Source: Patescibacteria group bacterium (lineage in GTDB: Bacteria > Patescibacteriota > Microgenomatia > UBA8517). Taken from it: a stretch of 64,000 nucleotides of DNA. The stretch spans positions 1,229 to 65,228 of the forward strand of contig DASVCV010000007.1 in NCBI GenBank assembly GCA_036381415.1. Reading direction: 5' to 3'. The position numbers were made by a program, and so were the translations under genes. Positions 1 to 12,375 of this stretch are shown in pieces. How positions within the stretch are numbered: position 1 is the stretch's first letter; every line of letters begins with the position of its first letter. A model generated the notes under the pieces. That model was not told the origin of the DNA. It was given only the letters and a program-made list of their open reading frames with translations, and did not search any database.

Positions 1-2
1 AA

Positions 3-371
3 CTCATTGGAATTGAAAAAGAAATTTTTAGCCCCATAAAAACATTTTCAGGGGGAATGAAAAGAAAACTAGAAATTATTAGAAGCCTAATGCATAACCC
101 CAAAATACTATTCCTTGATGAACCGACCTCAGGTCTTGACCCTTTAAGCAGAAAAAATCTCTGGAGTTATATCAATAGTGTTAGAAAAACAAATGGGACT
201 ACCATATTCTTAACTACCCACTACTTGGAAGAAGCAGAAAATGCAGATCATGTGATAATCATTAATCATGGAAAAATTGCAGTAGAAGGCTCTCCACATG
301 CAATTAAAAAACATGCAAAAACCTTGGAAGATGCATATGTAAAAATAATACACGAGGAGGCCGAACTATGA
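3..371 (+). CDS. ABC transporter ATP-binding protein (DrrA/ABC-2 type), 5'-truncated by window edge
   Basis: Frame is open to the window start. Signature FSGGM, Walker B ILFLDEPTSGLD and H-loop LTTHY are present. Confidence 0.9.
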   Translation, partial: LIGIEKEIFSPIKTFSGGMKRKLEIIRSLMHNPKILFLDEPTSGLDPLSRKNLWSYINSVRKTNGTTIFLTTHYLEEAENADHVIIINHGKIAVEGSPHAIKKHAKTLEDAYVKIIHEEAEL

Positions 372-1147
372 GGGAAGTAAATGCAGCCCTCACTATTGCC
401 TACCGTGATGTAACCAAATTCCTTCGTGATAGGACAAGAATGATTTTTACATTTGTATTCCCTTTTCTTTTTATTGGAGTTTTGGGAAGCTCACTTCAAT
501 CAAACCTGGGTCCTCAAATTGGATATAACTTTTTAACATTTGTTTTTACAGGAGTTATTGGCCAGGCACTTTTCCAATCAACTGCCTCTGGAATAATTTC
601 TTTAATTGAAGACAGAACTAATGATTTTTCCCAGGAAATTTTTGTATCTCCAATTTCTCGCTACACAATTATCATTGGAAAAATACTTGGTGAATCAATT
701 GTCTCTCTTTCTCAGGTCATTGGAATTGTTATTTTTGGATATTTGGTAGGAGCAGAAATTTCACTTCCCCAACTAATTAGTCTAATCCCTGTAGGAATTG
801 TTGCTTGCCTTTTAGGAGGTGCTTTTGGAATTATAGTGTTGGCAAATCTTTCCTCAGAAAGATCAGCCAATCAAGTTTTTCCATTTTTAATGTTCCCACA
901 ATTTTTCTTGGCAGGTGTTTTTAATCCAATCAAAAAACTTCCTCTTCTTTTAGATATTCTTTCCCGTATTTCACCAATGAGATATGCAGTCGATTTTATA
1001 AGAGGAGTTTATTACTGGGGGCGACCTGAGTATGACAAAGTAGTTCTTCTTTCTCCTATCTCAAACCTATTAATAATTACAGCTATGTTTGTTGCCTTTT
1101 TGTTTCTCGGAACTTTTCTTTTCGTTAGAAACGAAAGAAACAGGTAA
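368..1147 (+). CDS. ABC-2 type exporter permease (DrrB-like)
   Basis: About six hydrophobic segments and the ABC-2 pattern 'EIFVSPISRYTIIIGKILG'. Overlaps the ATPase stop codon (ATGA). Confidence 0.88.
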   Translation: MREVNAALTIAYRDVTKFLRDRTRMIFTFVFPFLFIGVLGSSLQSNLGPQIGYNFLTFVFTGVIGQALFQSTASGIISLIEDRTNDFSQEIFVSPISRYTIIIGKILGESIVSLSQVIGIVIFGYLVGAEISLPQLISLIPVGIVACLLGGAFGIIVLANLSSERSANQVFPFLMFPQFFLAGVFNPIKKLPLLLDILSRISPMRYAVDFIRGVYYWGRPEYDKVVLLSPISNLLIITAMFVAFLFLGTFLFVRNERNR

Positions 1148-1151
1148 AAAA

Positions 1152-2963
1152 TTATTTTATTCCTTTTTTAATTCTTCTTGCTTCAACAGCATCTAATATC
1201 ACTTTTCTTACTCTAATGTTTTTTGGAGTAATTTCTACCAACTCTTCATCATCAATATATTCCAAAGCTTCTTCCAAACTCATTTTCTTTGGTGTATTAA
1301 AGTGGTCCATTCCACCATCTCCCTTTGAGCGCATGTTTGAAAGTTTTTTCTCTTTACAGACATTTACATCAATATCTCCTTCTCTTGAGTTTTGTCCAAC
1401 CACTTCTCCTTTATATACTTCCTCTCCAGGACCAACAAAAAGCACTCCTCTATCCTGAATGTTTACTAGTCCATATAATCTAGTAATTCCAGATTCAAAT
1501 GCAACTAAAGATCCATGTGTTCTTCTATATCCTTCACTTGTATCAGGTCTAAATTCTTCAAAGGTTGAGTTAATTACCCCCATTCCTTTAGTATCAGTTA
1601 GCATCTCAGATCTATATCCAAACAAATCTTTGGTTGCAATTACAAATTCCAAAAAAGTATTTCCATTAGTAGTAATCATATCTGTCATTTGAGCGCGTCT
1701 TTGCCCCATTTTTTGTACAACCACACCAGAATAGGTTTCAGGAGCTTCAATATAGACTCTCTCATATGGAGTAAGCTTTACTCCATCAACTACTTTTGTA
1801 ATAGCACGAGGTCTAGATACCTGAAATTCATATCCTTCTCTTCTCATTCTCTCAATTAAAATTGCAAGATGAAGTTCTCCGCGTCCGCTTACAATCCAGC
1901 CCCCGCTGCCATCTTCTTCAACTTTTAATGCAACATCGTTTTCAAGCTCTTTGTATAAACGTGCTTTTAACTGGCTTGAGGTTTTATATTCTCCCTCACG
2001 CCCAGCAAAAGGAGATGTATTAATTCCAAAGGTCATTTTAATTGTTGGTTCTTCAATATCAAGAAGTGGAAGCGCAATTGGATTAGTAGTATCTCCAATT
2101 GTTTCTCCAATTGTGATATCAGGTATACCTGATATTGCAACAATATCTCCTGCCTCAGCCTCTTTTGCAGCCACCCTTTCTAATCCATCAAATGTCATAA
2201 GTGAAGAAATTCGGTAATTAGTTATTTGACCTTTTCTGTTAATATGAGCGACATCTTGTCCTTCTTTAATTGTTCCATTGCTTATTTTTCCTGTGGCAAT
2301 TCTTCCTTTGAAATTATCATATGAAATAGTTGTGACAAGTATTTGAAGAGGTTTTTCACTGTCTCCTGCTGGAGCTGGTATTTCTTTAATAATTGCATCA
2401 AATAAAGGAGAAATATCCTTCATTTTGGTTATATCTGCTTCATCCCCTGCTAAGCCATTTTTGGCAGATGCATATATAACTGGGAAAAAGGCTGTTTCTT
2501 CATTTGCACCTAATTCAACAAAAAGGTCAAAAGTTTTACCAAGTACATATTCAACCCTTGCATCTTCAAGATCAATTTTGTTAATAACAACAATAATCTT
2601 AAGTCCTAATTCCAAGGCATGTTTTAATACAAACCTGGTTTGAGGCATTGGTCCATCTTTTGCATCTATTAATAGTAGTGCCCCATCTGCCATTTTTAGG
2701 ACGCGTTCTACTTCCCCTCCAAAGTCAGCATGTCCCGGAGTATCAATGATGTTTATTTTAGTATCATGGTATGTTACTGAGGCATTTTTAGAGAAAATTG
2801 TAATTCCGCGCTCACGCTCCAGCTCATTTGAGTCCATGATGAGCCCGGCATCATCTCTTTCCTTTTTGAGCTTGGTATGAGATTGCCTTAGTAGTGCATC
2901 AACCAGGGTGGTTTTACCATGGTCAACGTGTGCAATAATGGCTATATTACGGATATTTTTCAT
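1152..2963 (-). CDS. typA: Translational GTPase TypA/BipA
   Basis: [47 protein letters not shown], and BipA C-terminal KKLSNMRS. Confidence 0.97.
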   Translation of the reverse strand: MKNIRNIAIIAHVDHGKTTLVDALLRQSHTKLKKERDDAGLIMDSNELERERGITIFSKNASVTYHDTKINIIDTPGHADFGGEVERVLKMADGALLLIDAKDGPMPQTRFVLKHALELGLKIIVVINKIDLEDARVEYVLGKTFDLFVELGANEETAFFPVIYASAKNGLAGDEADITKMKDISPLFDAIIKEIPAPAGDSEKPLQILVTTISYDNFKGRIATGKISNGTIKEGQDVAHINRKGQITNYRISSLMTFDGLERVAAKEAEAGDIVAISGIPDITIGETIGDTTNPIALPLLDIEEPTIKMTFGINTSPFAGREGEYKTSSQLKARLYKELENDVALKVEEDGSGGWIVSGRGELHLAILIERMRREGYEFQVSRPRAITKVVDGVKLTPYERVYIEAPETYSGVVVQKMGQRRAQMTDMITTNGNTFLEFVIATKDLFGYRSEMLTDTKGMGVINSTFEEFRPDTSEGYRRTHGSLVAFESGITRLYGLVNIQDRGVLFVGPGEEVYKGEVVGQNSREGDIDVNVCKEKKLSNMRSKGDGGMDHFNTPKKMSLEEALEYIDDEELVEITPKNIRVRKVILDAVEARRIKKGIK

Positions 2964-2984
2964 ATAATTAATATTATTTCCAAC

Positions 2985-3007
2985 AAAAAACCGCGCACCT
3001 TACGCGG
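2985..3007 (-). terminator. Terminator-like hairpin in the typA 5' leader
   Basis: Minus strand CCGCGTA-AGG-TGCGCGG followed by TTTTTT. It lies between a TGATACAAT -10-like box and the typA start. Confidence 0.5.
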
Positions 3008-3065
3008 GTAATGTATTGTATCATAACTTGACCTGTTTTAGTAAATTGTATAAGCTTTAACTAAT

Positions 3066-3839
3066 ATGGATAGAAGAACCTTTTTAAGTTCAGTCTTAAC
3101 TGCATTTTTAACAGTGCTTTTTGGAGTATTAGTTCTTTATCTTTTTCCCTGGGACAAAATAAAAATTGGCAACAATCCCCTTTTTCCTAAATCAACAATC
3201 ACAGTTAGCGGTGAAGCCCAAGGAAATGAGAAAAATCAAATAGCAACATTTACTGCTTCTGTTATGTCAACAAATGATGACAAACAAAAAGCAGTTGATG
3301 AAACTAACACAAAAATGACAGATCTTATTAAATCTGTAAAAGCCCTAGGAATAGTAGATGATGATATTAAAACTGAAAACATCAGTATTTATGAGCAGCC
3401 CTCCCCATACCCTGTTCCAATGATGTATCCAACAAGGACTGGTACAGGACAAGGCGCCTGGGCAGCCAACAACACAACTACTGTTACAGTCAGAGATTTA
3501 ACAAAAGTTTCTCCTTTAGCTGATTTGCTTCAAAAAGGTGGAGCAACAAATGTGTATGGTCCAAACTACACAGTTGATAACACAACAAATACTCAAGCAG
3601 ATGTTTTAGGTCAAGCAATTGAAAATGCCAGAAAGAAAGCAGAAAAAATAGCTCAAGCTTCAGGAAGAAGTCTTGGAAAAGCAGTAACAATTCAGGAAGG
3701 CGGCCAGTATGGCGGAATATATCCTCTTCAAATGGATAAAGCAGTCGGTTTAGGTGGTGGATCTGCTCCTTCTACTCCAGTCCAGCCAGGAACTCAAACT
3801 GTTTATAAATCAGTAACTGTCACCTTTGAATTAAAATAA
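3066..3839 (+). CDS. SIMPL (DUF541) domain membrane-anchored protein
   Basis: N-terminal TM, ITVSGEA, 'AIENARKKAEKIAQASGRSLGKAVTIQE', C-terminal VTVTFEL. Confidence 0.88.
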   Translation: MDRRTFLSSVLTAFLTVLFGVLVLYLFPWDKIKIGNNPLFPKSTITVSGEAQGNEKNQIATFTASVMSTNDDKQKAVDETNTKMTDLIKSVKALGIVDDDIKTENISIYEQPSPYPVPMMYPTRTGTGQGAWAANNTTTVTVRDLTKVSPLADLLQKGGATNVYGPNYTVDNTTNTQADVLGQAIENARKKAEKIAQASGRSLGKAVTIQEGGQYGGIYPLQMDKAVGLGGGSAPSTPVQPGTQTVYKSVTVTFELK

Positions 3840-3892
3840 CTTCAAGTAAAAATTAAATAGAAAAAATTATTTCAGTGTGTTTATGGAAGAGT

Positions 3893-4417
3893 TTATTTTT
3901 TGAAGCGCTTTGCACACTCTTCAATTATTTTCCAAGCAGCTTCTGTGTTTCCCCAACCTTCTACTTTAGTGCTTCCTGGTTTTTTGAGATCTTTGTAGTG
4001 ATTAAAATGATGTTCAATTTGTGCTTTCCATGCTCCATATAAATCATCCAACTCTTTAATTTCATTTCCTTTGTGTCTATCATCCTCAGGAACACAAATT
4101 ATTTTATGGTCATTTTCATCACTGTCAACAAAATTAAGTATTCCAACTACTCTTGCCTTAACCACAACTCCCATTGGAAGTGGTTCTGAAGTTATAACTA
4201 ACGTATCAAGTGCATCTCCATCCTCATCAAGTGTTTGTGGAATAAATCCATAATTAACAGGTTTTGCAAATATCCCCGGTTCTACTCTATCAAGTTTAAA
4301 GACTTTGTGTTCACGGTCATACTCAATTTTATTCATTGAGCCTTTGGAGATTTCAATGACAGTATTAACGTATTCTCCCTTCTGGCCAAAATCAAATTCT
4401 TTGTCAAAGTCAGTCAT
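3893..4417 (-). CDS. ppa: Family I inorganic pyrophosphatase
   Basis: NYGFIPQTLDEDGDALD signature, DHKII and HYKDL. Start moved to ATG 4417, just downstream of a CATAAT box. Confidence 0.95.
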   Translation of the reverse strand: MTDFDKEFDFGQKGEYVNTVIEISKGSMNKIEYDREHKVFKLDRVEPGIFAKPVNYGFIPQTLDEDGDALDTLVITSEPLPMGVVVKARVVGILNFVDSDENDHKIICVPEDDRHKGNEIKELDDLYGAWKAQIEHHFNHYKDLKKPGSTKVEGWGNTEAAWKIIEECAKRFKK

Positions 4418-4441
4418 GTAAGTATTATGCAACCTCTTCTT

Positions 4442-6394
<1,953 letters not shown>

Positions 6395-6501
6395 TTAATA
6401 TTACTAGAACCATTATAGCCTGTCTAGAGTGTATAAACAAGGCTACTTAGCTTCAAATCTGGCTCTTGAACCCCTTTTTCTCATAGTTTAAAACTATATT
6501 A

Positions 6502-7140
6502 ATGCCTACAGTTGAGAACAGGATTTCAAGAAGAAAATTCATATCTGGCTTCACCCTCTCAACTCTTGCAGTTCTTGCATCTTCCAACTTGGCTACTCAT
6601 GAAATCCTTAATTCCACTCTATCTTTAGAACAGGTAGAGGCATCTATGAGACAAAAAGCAGCAGACGGGATTGAGATTGAGGAGGCCTATGTTTATGATC
6701 CCAAAACCAAAATTCAACTACTTCACATTCAGGGTGTTATTGGTGGAGTAAGAGCTTTAACTGACAAAGAAAGAAAAATAGCAGATAGAAAAATTTACAC
6801 TCATTTTCACCCTCAATACGTTAAAGGAGAACTTGCCATCCCAACTCTTGGTCTAGAAGATATGTATGAAGCTTATTATGACGGCTTTCTAGAAACAAGA
6901 GCAACAGGAGTAAACCCTGAAACAGGACTAAATTATCTTTCTAGAGCAAATCTAGGAAATAGAATGTGGTGGCCTGATATGCCAAAAAACAATTTACAAA
7001 GGTTAATAGATAAAGAACTATATAATCTACAAGACTCAGGTATGTCAGAACTTGCTAAATACACCCAGGCTTACAATACTGTCTTTTTAAGACACGCTAA
7101 AGAGAATAATTTCATATATGAATACCTTGAGTGGAAATAA
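6502..7140 (+). CDS. Hypothetical exported protein with a possible JAB/MPN-like metal motif
   Basis: SRRKFI plus hydrophobic N-terminus; E...THFHP...LED motif. Confidence 0.6.
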   Translation: MPTVENRISRRKFISGFTLSTLAVLASSNLATHEILNSTLSLEQVEASMRQKAADGIEIEEAYVYDPKTKIQLLHIQGVIGGVRALTDKERKIADRKIYTHFHPQYVKGELAIPTLGLEDMYEAYYDGFLETRATGVNPETGLNYLSRANLGNRMWWPDMPKNNLQRLIDKELYNLQDSGMSELAKYTQAYNTVFLRHAKENNFIYEYLEWK

Positions 7141-7143
7141 CTA

Positions 7144-7740
7144 TCAGTCTTCTATATTTACTACAAAGTTTGTAAGTTGAAGTGCTACATTTCCATTTGC
7201 TTTCAAATTAGTCAAAGTACTAGTTGCACTCTCAATTATTTTTAAAGAAGCACCTCCACTTACAAGTTGTGAGTGTCCTCCATTAATAATGTCTGTTATA
7301 AATTCCGCTGCTTCTTCCCTTGTTTTAATTTTTGAAATTTCTTCAAACTTCCTTCCTAAACTCATACTTATAAATTCATTAAAAAAAATAGATGTATCTT
7401 TCCTTTTTTCCTCTCCCCCTATTTCCACAACCTCGCATCTTGAAATGATGGTTGATAAACAATTATCAATTGATGTTGCTGTTAAAATATATATAAGATT
7501 TGCTTGGGGCTCTTCTAAGCTTTTTAAAAATGCATTTTGAGTCTCTTCAGAAGCTAAATCAAAATCACTAATTAAAACTGCTGTTTTTTCAGTTAAGCTA
7601 AGCTTTGTAAAACTAGAAAGATTTTTAATATCAGCAATTTTTTTAAGTTCAAAAGGAAAAATCTTTGCCTTTAATTTTTTTGCAAGTTCAGATATTTTCT
7701 TTTCTTTCTCTCCACCTCCAACAATTAAAAATGAGTGCAT
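7144..7740 (-). CDS. holB: DNA polymerase III delta-prime-like clamp loader subunit (reduced)
   Basis: QNAFLKSLEEP and TIISRC motifs; only 198 aa. Confidence 0.75.
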   Translation of the reverse strand: MHSFLIVGGGEKEKKISELAKKLKAKIFPFELKKIADIKNLSSFTKLSLTEKTAVLISDFDLASEETQNAFLKSLEEPQANLIYILTATSIDNCLSTIISRCEVVEIGGEEKRKDTSIFFNEFISMSLGRKFEEISKIKTREEAAEFITDIINGGHSQLVSGGASLKIIESATSTLTNLKANGNVALQLTNFVVNIED

Positions 7741-7798
7741 GATAAGGCATTATACGCCCTTGCAGGGTATCCCAATACATGCATATAATGAATCTAAT

Positions 7799-9532
7799 AT
7801 GGCTGCTCAGTCTGCCGCGAGTTCCGATGGATCTCTATCACTTGCCGATATCTTAGTTTCTCAGGGTGGTATAACTGCTGATGTTGCTCAAAGATTAAAG
7901 CTTGCTGAAGTTCAAACCGGAAAATCTCAGGAAGACATGATCATTGAGCAAAAGCTTGTGACTCCTGGAGCTTTGGCCAAAGCAAAAGCAGCTTTCTACA
8001 ACATTCCCTACATTGATCTTGCAACTACCCCTGTCAGTCCTGATGCCATAGGAATGGTAAGCCAAGATATGGCAGATAGATTCCATGTCTTTCCAGTTTC
8101 TGCTGACCGTACTTCTAAAGAATTGACTCTTGCCATGAAAGAGCCTTTGGATTTCTCATCTATTGAATTTATTGAACAAAAAACAGGATTTCATGTAAAG
8201 CCAGTTGCTGCAGAACCTGAAAAAATTGATGAATTAATTGCTGCCAACTATTCAACCACTCTCTCCCAGGAGGTAACAGAAGCTCTTAAAGATATTGCTC
8301 CTGAAAAGCAGGGAGTAAAAACTCTTGATGCCTCAGTTTCAGGTACTGGAGTAATTAAACAGGAAAAAATAAGCGAAATTGTAACTCATATTTTAGGGTT
8401 TGCTGTTAAGGCAAGAGCATCAGATGTCCACATTGAACCTCTTGACCGCGGAACCCGTGTCCGCTACAGAATTGACGGAATTTTACAGGAAAAACTTACT
8501 ATTCCAAAAGAGCTCCATGAAGCTCTAGTTTCCCGCATTAAAATCCTTTCTGATATGAAAATTGATGAGAAAAGAATTCCCCAGGACGGAAGATTTAACT
8601 TTAAAAATGGAGATGAAGAGGTAGATCTTCGTGTTTCCACTCTTCCTACTGTATGGGGTGAAAAAGTAGTCATGAGGCTTCTTAAAAAAACAGGTGGAAT
8701 TCCAACTCTCGCTGACCTTGGACTTAGAGGTCAAGCTTTAAAAAGCTTGCAGGATGCAACACTTAGGCCTCATGGAATTATTACTATTTGCGGACCCACA
8801 GGTTCAGGAAAAACCACTACTCTATATTCCCTTTTGACCCGTCTTAATACTCCCAAAGTAAATATCATGACTCTTGAAGATCCAGTTGAGTATAAAATGT
8901 TAGGGATTAACCAGGTCCAAATTAACCCAGGTGTTGGACTTACCTTTGCTTCAGGTCTAAGATCATTTCTTCGTCAGGACCCAAACATTATTCTAGTTGG
9001 AGAAATTAGGGATAGAGAAACAGCAGATCTTGCTATTCAAGCCTCCCTTACAGGGCATTTGGTGTTTGCCACCCTTCATACCAATGACGCAGCAGGAGCC
9101 CTTCCTAGGCTTCTTGACATGGGTGCAGAGCCATTCCTCCTTGCCTCCTCCATGACTGCAATTGTTGCTCAAAGGGTCTTAAGAAAAATTGATGAATCTG
9201 CAAAGGAAGAATACACGCCAGATCCTAAAATCAGCGAGGACATTCGAGGTGTTTTAGGAAACTTATATCCAGCCGATAAGCCTCTTAAGCTATATAAAGG
9301 AAAGCAAACTCCAGACAACAACAATACAGGTTATAAAGGCAGAGTTGGAATTTTTGAAGTAATTCCTGTAACAGACAAAATCGGAAGGCTTATTCTTGAA
9401 AGAGCTCCAGCAACAGCGATGCAAAAAGAAGCAACAGCAGAGGGAATGGTTACAATGAAACAAGATGGTTACTTAAAAGCTCTTGAAGGAATAACAACTC
9501 TTGAAGAAGTAGTAAGGGTTGCACAGGAATAA
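7799..9532 (+). CDS. pilB: Type IV pilus assembly ATPase PilB
   Basis: MshEN-like N-terminus, ASDVHIEP, GPTGSGKTTTLY, LRQDPNIILVGEIRD, TLHTND. Start set at ATG 7799, just after TATAAT. Confidence 0.95.
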   Translation: MAAQSAASSDGSLSLADILVSQGGITADVAQRLKLAEVQTGKSQEDMIIEQKLVTPGALAKAKAAFYNIPYIDLATTPVSPDAIGMVSQDMADRFHVFPVSADRTSKELTLAMKEPLDFSSIEFIEQKTGFHVKPVAAEPEKIDELIAANYSTTLSQEVTEALKDIAPEKQGVKTLDASVSGTGVIKQEKISEIVTHILGFAVKARASDVHIEPLDRGTRVRYRIDGILQEKLTIPKELHEALVSRIKILSDMKIDEKRIPQDGRFNFKNGDEEVDLRVSTLPTVWGEKVVMRLLKKTGGIPTLADLGLRGQALKSLQDATLRPHGIITICGPTGSGKTTTLYSLLTRLNTPKVNIMTLEDPVEYKMLGINQVQINPGVGLTFASGLRSFLRQDPNIILVGEIRDRETADLAIQASLTGHLVFATLHTNDAAGALPRLLDMGAEPFLLASSMTAIVAQRVLRKIDESAKEEYTPDPKISEDIRGVLGNLYPADKPLKLYKGKQTPDNNNTGYKGRVGIFEVIPVTDKIGRLILERAPATAMQKEATAEGMVTMKQDGYLKALEGITTLEEVVRVAQE

Positions 9533-9534
9533 AT

Positions 9535-10590
9535 ATGGATATAAGAGAATATTTACAACTGACTGTAGCAAAAAATGCATCAGACTTGCATTTAATTGTT
9601 GGTGTTCCTCCCATGCTTCGCGTTGAAGGAAACCTATTTCCTATTCCTAATGAACCAGTTCTAACTGCCGACCAGATGCTTCTCCATTTAAAAGGAGTTC
9701 TTGCATCAGACCAAATTGAACGCCTTTCTGTAAACAAAGAAATTGACTTTTCCCTCTCATTTTCTGATAAAGCAAGATTTAGAGTTAATGCCTACACTCA
9801 AAAAGGGTCAGCTGCAGCAGCTTTTAGAAGAATTCCTCTCGAAATTCCTCCAATTGATTCTCTTAATCTGCCTCCTGTAGTTCACAACTTCACTACTCCT
9901 AGACAAGGCTTTATTCTTGTTACTGGTCCAACGGGTCATGGAAAGTCCACCACTCTTGCTTCAATTTTAGAAGAAATAAATAGAACAAGAGCAACACATA
10001 TTGTCACAATTGAAGATCCAGTTGAGTTTATCTTTAAGCCAAATAAATCAATAATTTCTCAAAGGGAAATGCATCAAGACACTCACTCTTGGACAGTTGC
10101 CTTAAGGAGCGTTCTTCGTGAGGACCCTGATGTTGTTCTAATTGGGGAAATGCGCGACTATGAAACAATTGCAGCAGCTCTGACAATTGCTGAAACAGGC
10201 CATTTAGTTTTTGCAACACTACACACCAATTCAGCTGCCCAAACCGTAGACCGTATTGTAGATGTCTTTCCAGAAGAGCAGCAATCTCAAGTGAAACTTC
10301 AGCTTTCAAATGTACTGGAAGCAGTCTTTTCCCAAAGACTTGTTCCAGGGCTATCTGGAGGAAGAGTCATTGCATATGAGCTTATGCTTGCAACAAATGC
10401 CATAAGGACTGCAATTAGGGAAGGAAAAACTCATCAGATAGATTCTATTATGGAAACAAGTTCAGATGTTGGTATGAAAACAATAGAGTCAACTCTTGCT
10501 GATTTAGTAAAGATCGGAAAAATCTCCGTTGAGCAAGCCCAGGCATTTGCTTTAAGGCCGGATGAACTAACAAGGCTTCTTCACAAATAA
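9535..10590 (+). CDS. pilT: Type IV pilus retraction ATPase PilT
   Basis: ASDLHL, GPTGHGKSTT, LREDPDVVLIGEMRD, and AIRTAIRE (AIRNLIRE-like). Confidence 0.95.
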   Translation: MDIREYLQLTVAKNASDLHLIVGVPPMLRVEGNLFPIPNEPVLTADQMLLHLKGVLASDQIERLSVNKEIDFSLSFSDKARFRVNAYTQKGSAAAAFRRIPLEIPPIDSLNLPPVVHNFTTPRQGFILVTGPTGHGKSTTLASILEEINRTRATHIVTIEDPVEFIFKPNKSIISQREMHQDTHSWTVALRSVLREDPDVVLIGEMRDYETIAAALTIAETGHLVFATLHTNSAAQTVDRIVDVFPEEQQSQVKLQLSNVLEAVFSQRLVPGLSGGRVIAYELMLATNAIRTAIREGKTHQIDSIMETSSDVGMKTIESTLADLVKIGKISVEQAQAFALRPDELTRLLHK

Positions 10591-10598
10591 AAAAGATT

Positions 10599-11804
10599 AT
10601 GAAAAAGTATATTTATAAAGCAATCGGAAAAGATGGCAGACCTGTTACAGGTGAGGTAGAAGCAGCAGATCCTCAAAGAGCATCTAAGCTAGTTAGAAAC
10701 CGCGGCTTAATTTTAGTAAGTCTTAAGCCAAAAGACTCAGGCATTATAGGTTGGATTACAGGCTATAGAAGTAAGGTTAAGCCTTCTGATGTGACAAACT
10801 TTACAAGACAGTTTTCAACCATGGTTAATGCAGGGCTTCCTGTTACTGAATCTCTTTCCATTCTTAAACTTCAGTCAGAATCAAGTATGCAGCTGGTTGT
10901 TTCCCAAATTCTTTCAGATATTGAAGATGGAGAGTCTCTTTCAGTTGCCCTAAATCATCACCCAAAAGTATTTGATACTACCTATGTATCTTTGGTCAAA
11001 GCAGGTGAAGCAGCAGGAGTATTAGATAAAGTGCTTACCCGTCTTGCAGACAGTATGGAAAAAGATGAAGAGTTTCAAGGCAAAGTAAAAGGAGCTCTTG
11101 TTTATCCAGTTATTATTGTTGTTGGAATGGTAATAGTTGCAGCAATAATGATGATTTTTGTGGTTCCACGTCTGACCTCCCTTTACAAAGATTTTGGAGC
11201 AGAGCTTCCCCTTCCAACAAAGATCTTAATGGCAGTCTCAGATGCCTCAGTCCGATATTGGCCAATAACTATTATTCTTGTTATAGCTGCAATTTGGGGT
11301 TTTACAACATATAGAAAAACAGATGCAGGCAGGCACAAACTTGATGCACTCCTTTTTAAAGTTCCTATTTTTGGTGAGCTTCAAAAGAAAGTAATTTTAA
11401 CAGAACTAACCCGCACTCTTTCCTTAATGGTAGGAACTGGAGTTCCAATTCTTGAAAGTTTAACAATAACTGCAAACGTTATTACAAATGTAATTATTAA
11501 AGATGCTCTTAAAGATGCAGGCCGGCAAATAGAAAGGGGCTTCCCTATTGCCTATTCATTTGCCAAGCATCCAGAAGCATTCCCATATATCTTAAGCCAA
11601 ATGATTGCAGTTGGAGAAGAAACTGGAAAAATGGAAGAAGTTCTTTCCAAGGTTTCGCATGTTTTTGAAATAGAGTCAGACCAAAAAGTAAAAACTCTTA
11701 CAGCAGCTATTGAACCCCTTGTCATGATTGTCCTTGGAATTGGTGTTGCTTTCCTGGTTGTTGCCATCATTTTACCCATCTACAACTTGACTAGTAAGTT
11801 CTAA
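10599..11804 (+). CDS. pilC: Type IV pilus platform protein PilC
   Basis: Two GspF repeats (FTRQFSTMVNAG, AGEAAG, VGEETG, AAIEP). Confidence 0.95.
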   Translation: MKKYIYKAIGKDGRPVTGEVEAADPQRASKLVRNRGLILVSLKPKDSGIIGWITGYRSKVKPSDVTNFTRQFSTMVNAGLPVTESLSILKLQSESSMQLVVSQILSDIEDGESLSVALNHHPKVFDTTYVSLVKAGEAAGVLDKVLTRLADSMEKDEEFQGKVKGALVYPVIIVVGMVIVAAIMMIFVVPRLTSLYKDFGAELPLPTKILMAVSDASVRYWPITIILVIAAIWGFTTYRKTDAGRHKLDALLFKVPIFGELQKKVILTELTRTLSLMVGTGVPILESLTITANVITNVIIKDALKDAGRQIERGFPIAYSFAKHPEAFPYILSQMIAVGEETGKMEEVLSKVSHVFEIESDQKVKTLTAAIEPLVMIVLGIGVAFLVVAIILPIYNLTSKF

Positions 11805-11844
11805 ATGATCAATACTGAAATAATGATGAAAGGGGGTGAGAAAA

Positions 11845-12369
11845 TTGAATTTTAAAATACTTAAAAGAGAAGAAGGTTTTACACTTATTGAGCTTTTGAT
11901 TGTTATCGCTGTTATAGGAACACTTGCCGTCGTACTTTTGATCGCAGTAAACCCAGGTGAACAACTTGCCCGCACTCGTGATGCAGGTCGTCAACAAGGA
12001 GTAGGTCAATTGGGACGCGCTATGGAAGCCTATGCAGTAGGCCACAACAGTACCTATATAACCCCAGCTGCAACTTGGATTACATCCTTGCAAACAGCAG
12101 GAGAAATTAGTACTGTCCCAGCAGCAATCACATATGGTTCTGGTACATCTGCTTGTACGACAAATGCCCAAAACGGGTTCTGTTATACATCAGGAGCTGC
12201 AGGAGCTGCACCCATGATCGTTTACGCCAGACTTGAATCCAAAGCTAGTTCAACCAAGTGCACAGCACCAGCTGTCCCTTGGACAGTTTACTCAAGTCAG
12301 GATGGAAGAGGCGGAACAACTTGTAGCCAAGCAGAACCAACAACCGGAGCACAGACATTTGTCCCATAA
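11845..12369 (+). CDS. Probable major type IV pilin
   Basis: G|FTLIELLIVI class III signal and Cys pairs. A strong SD (AAGGGGGTGA) favours the TTG start at 11845 over GTG 11836. Confidence 0.85.
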   Translation: MNFKILKREEGFTLIELLIVIAVIGTLAVVLLIAVNPGEQLARTRDAGRQQGVGQLGRAMEAYAVGHNSTYITPAATWITSLQTAGEISTVPAAITYGSGTSACTTNAQNGFCYTSGAAGAAPMIVYARLESKASSTKCTAPAVPWTVYSSQDGRGGTTCSQAEPTTGAQTFVP

Positions 12370-12375
12370 ACGAAT

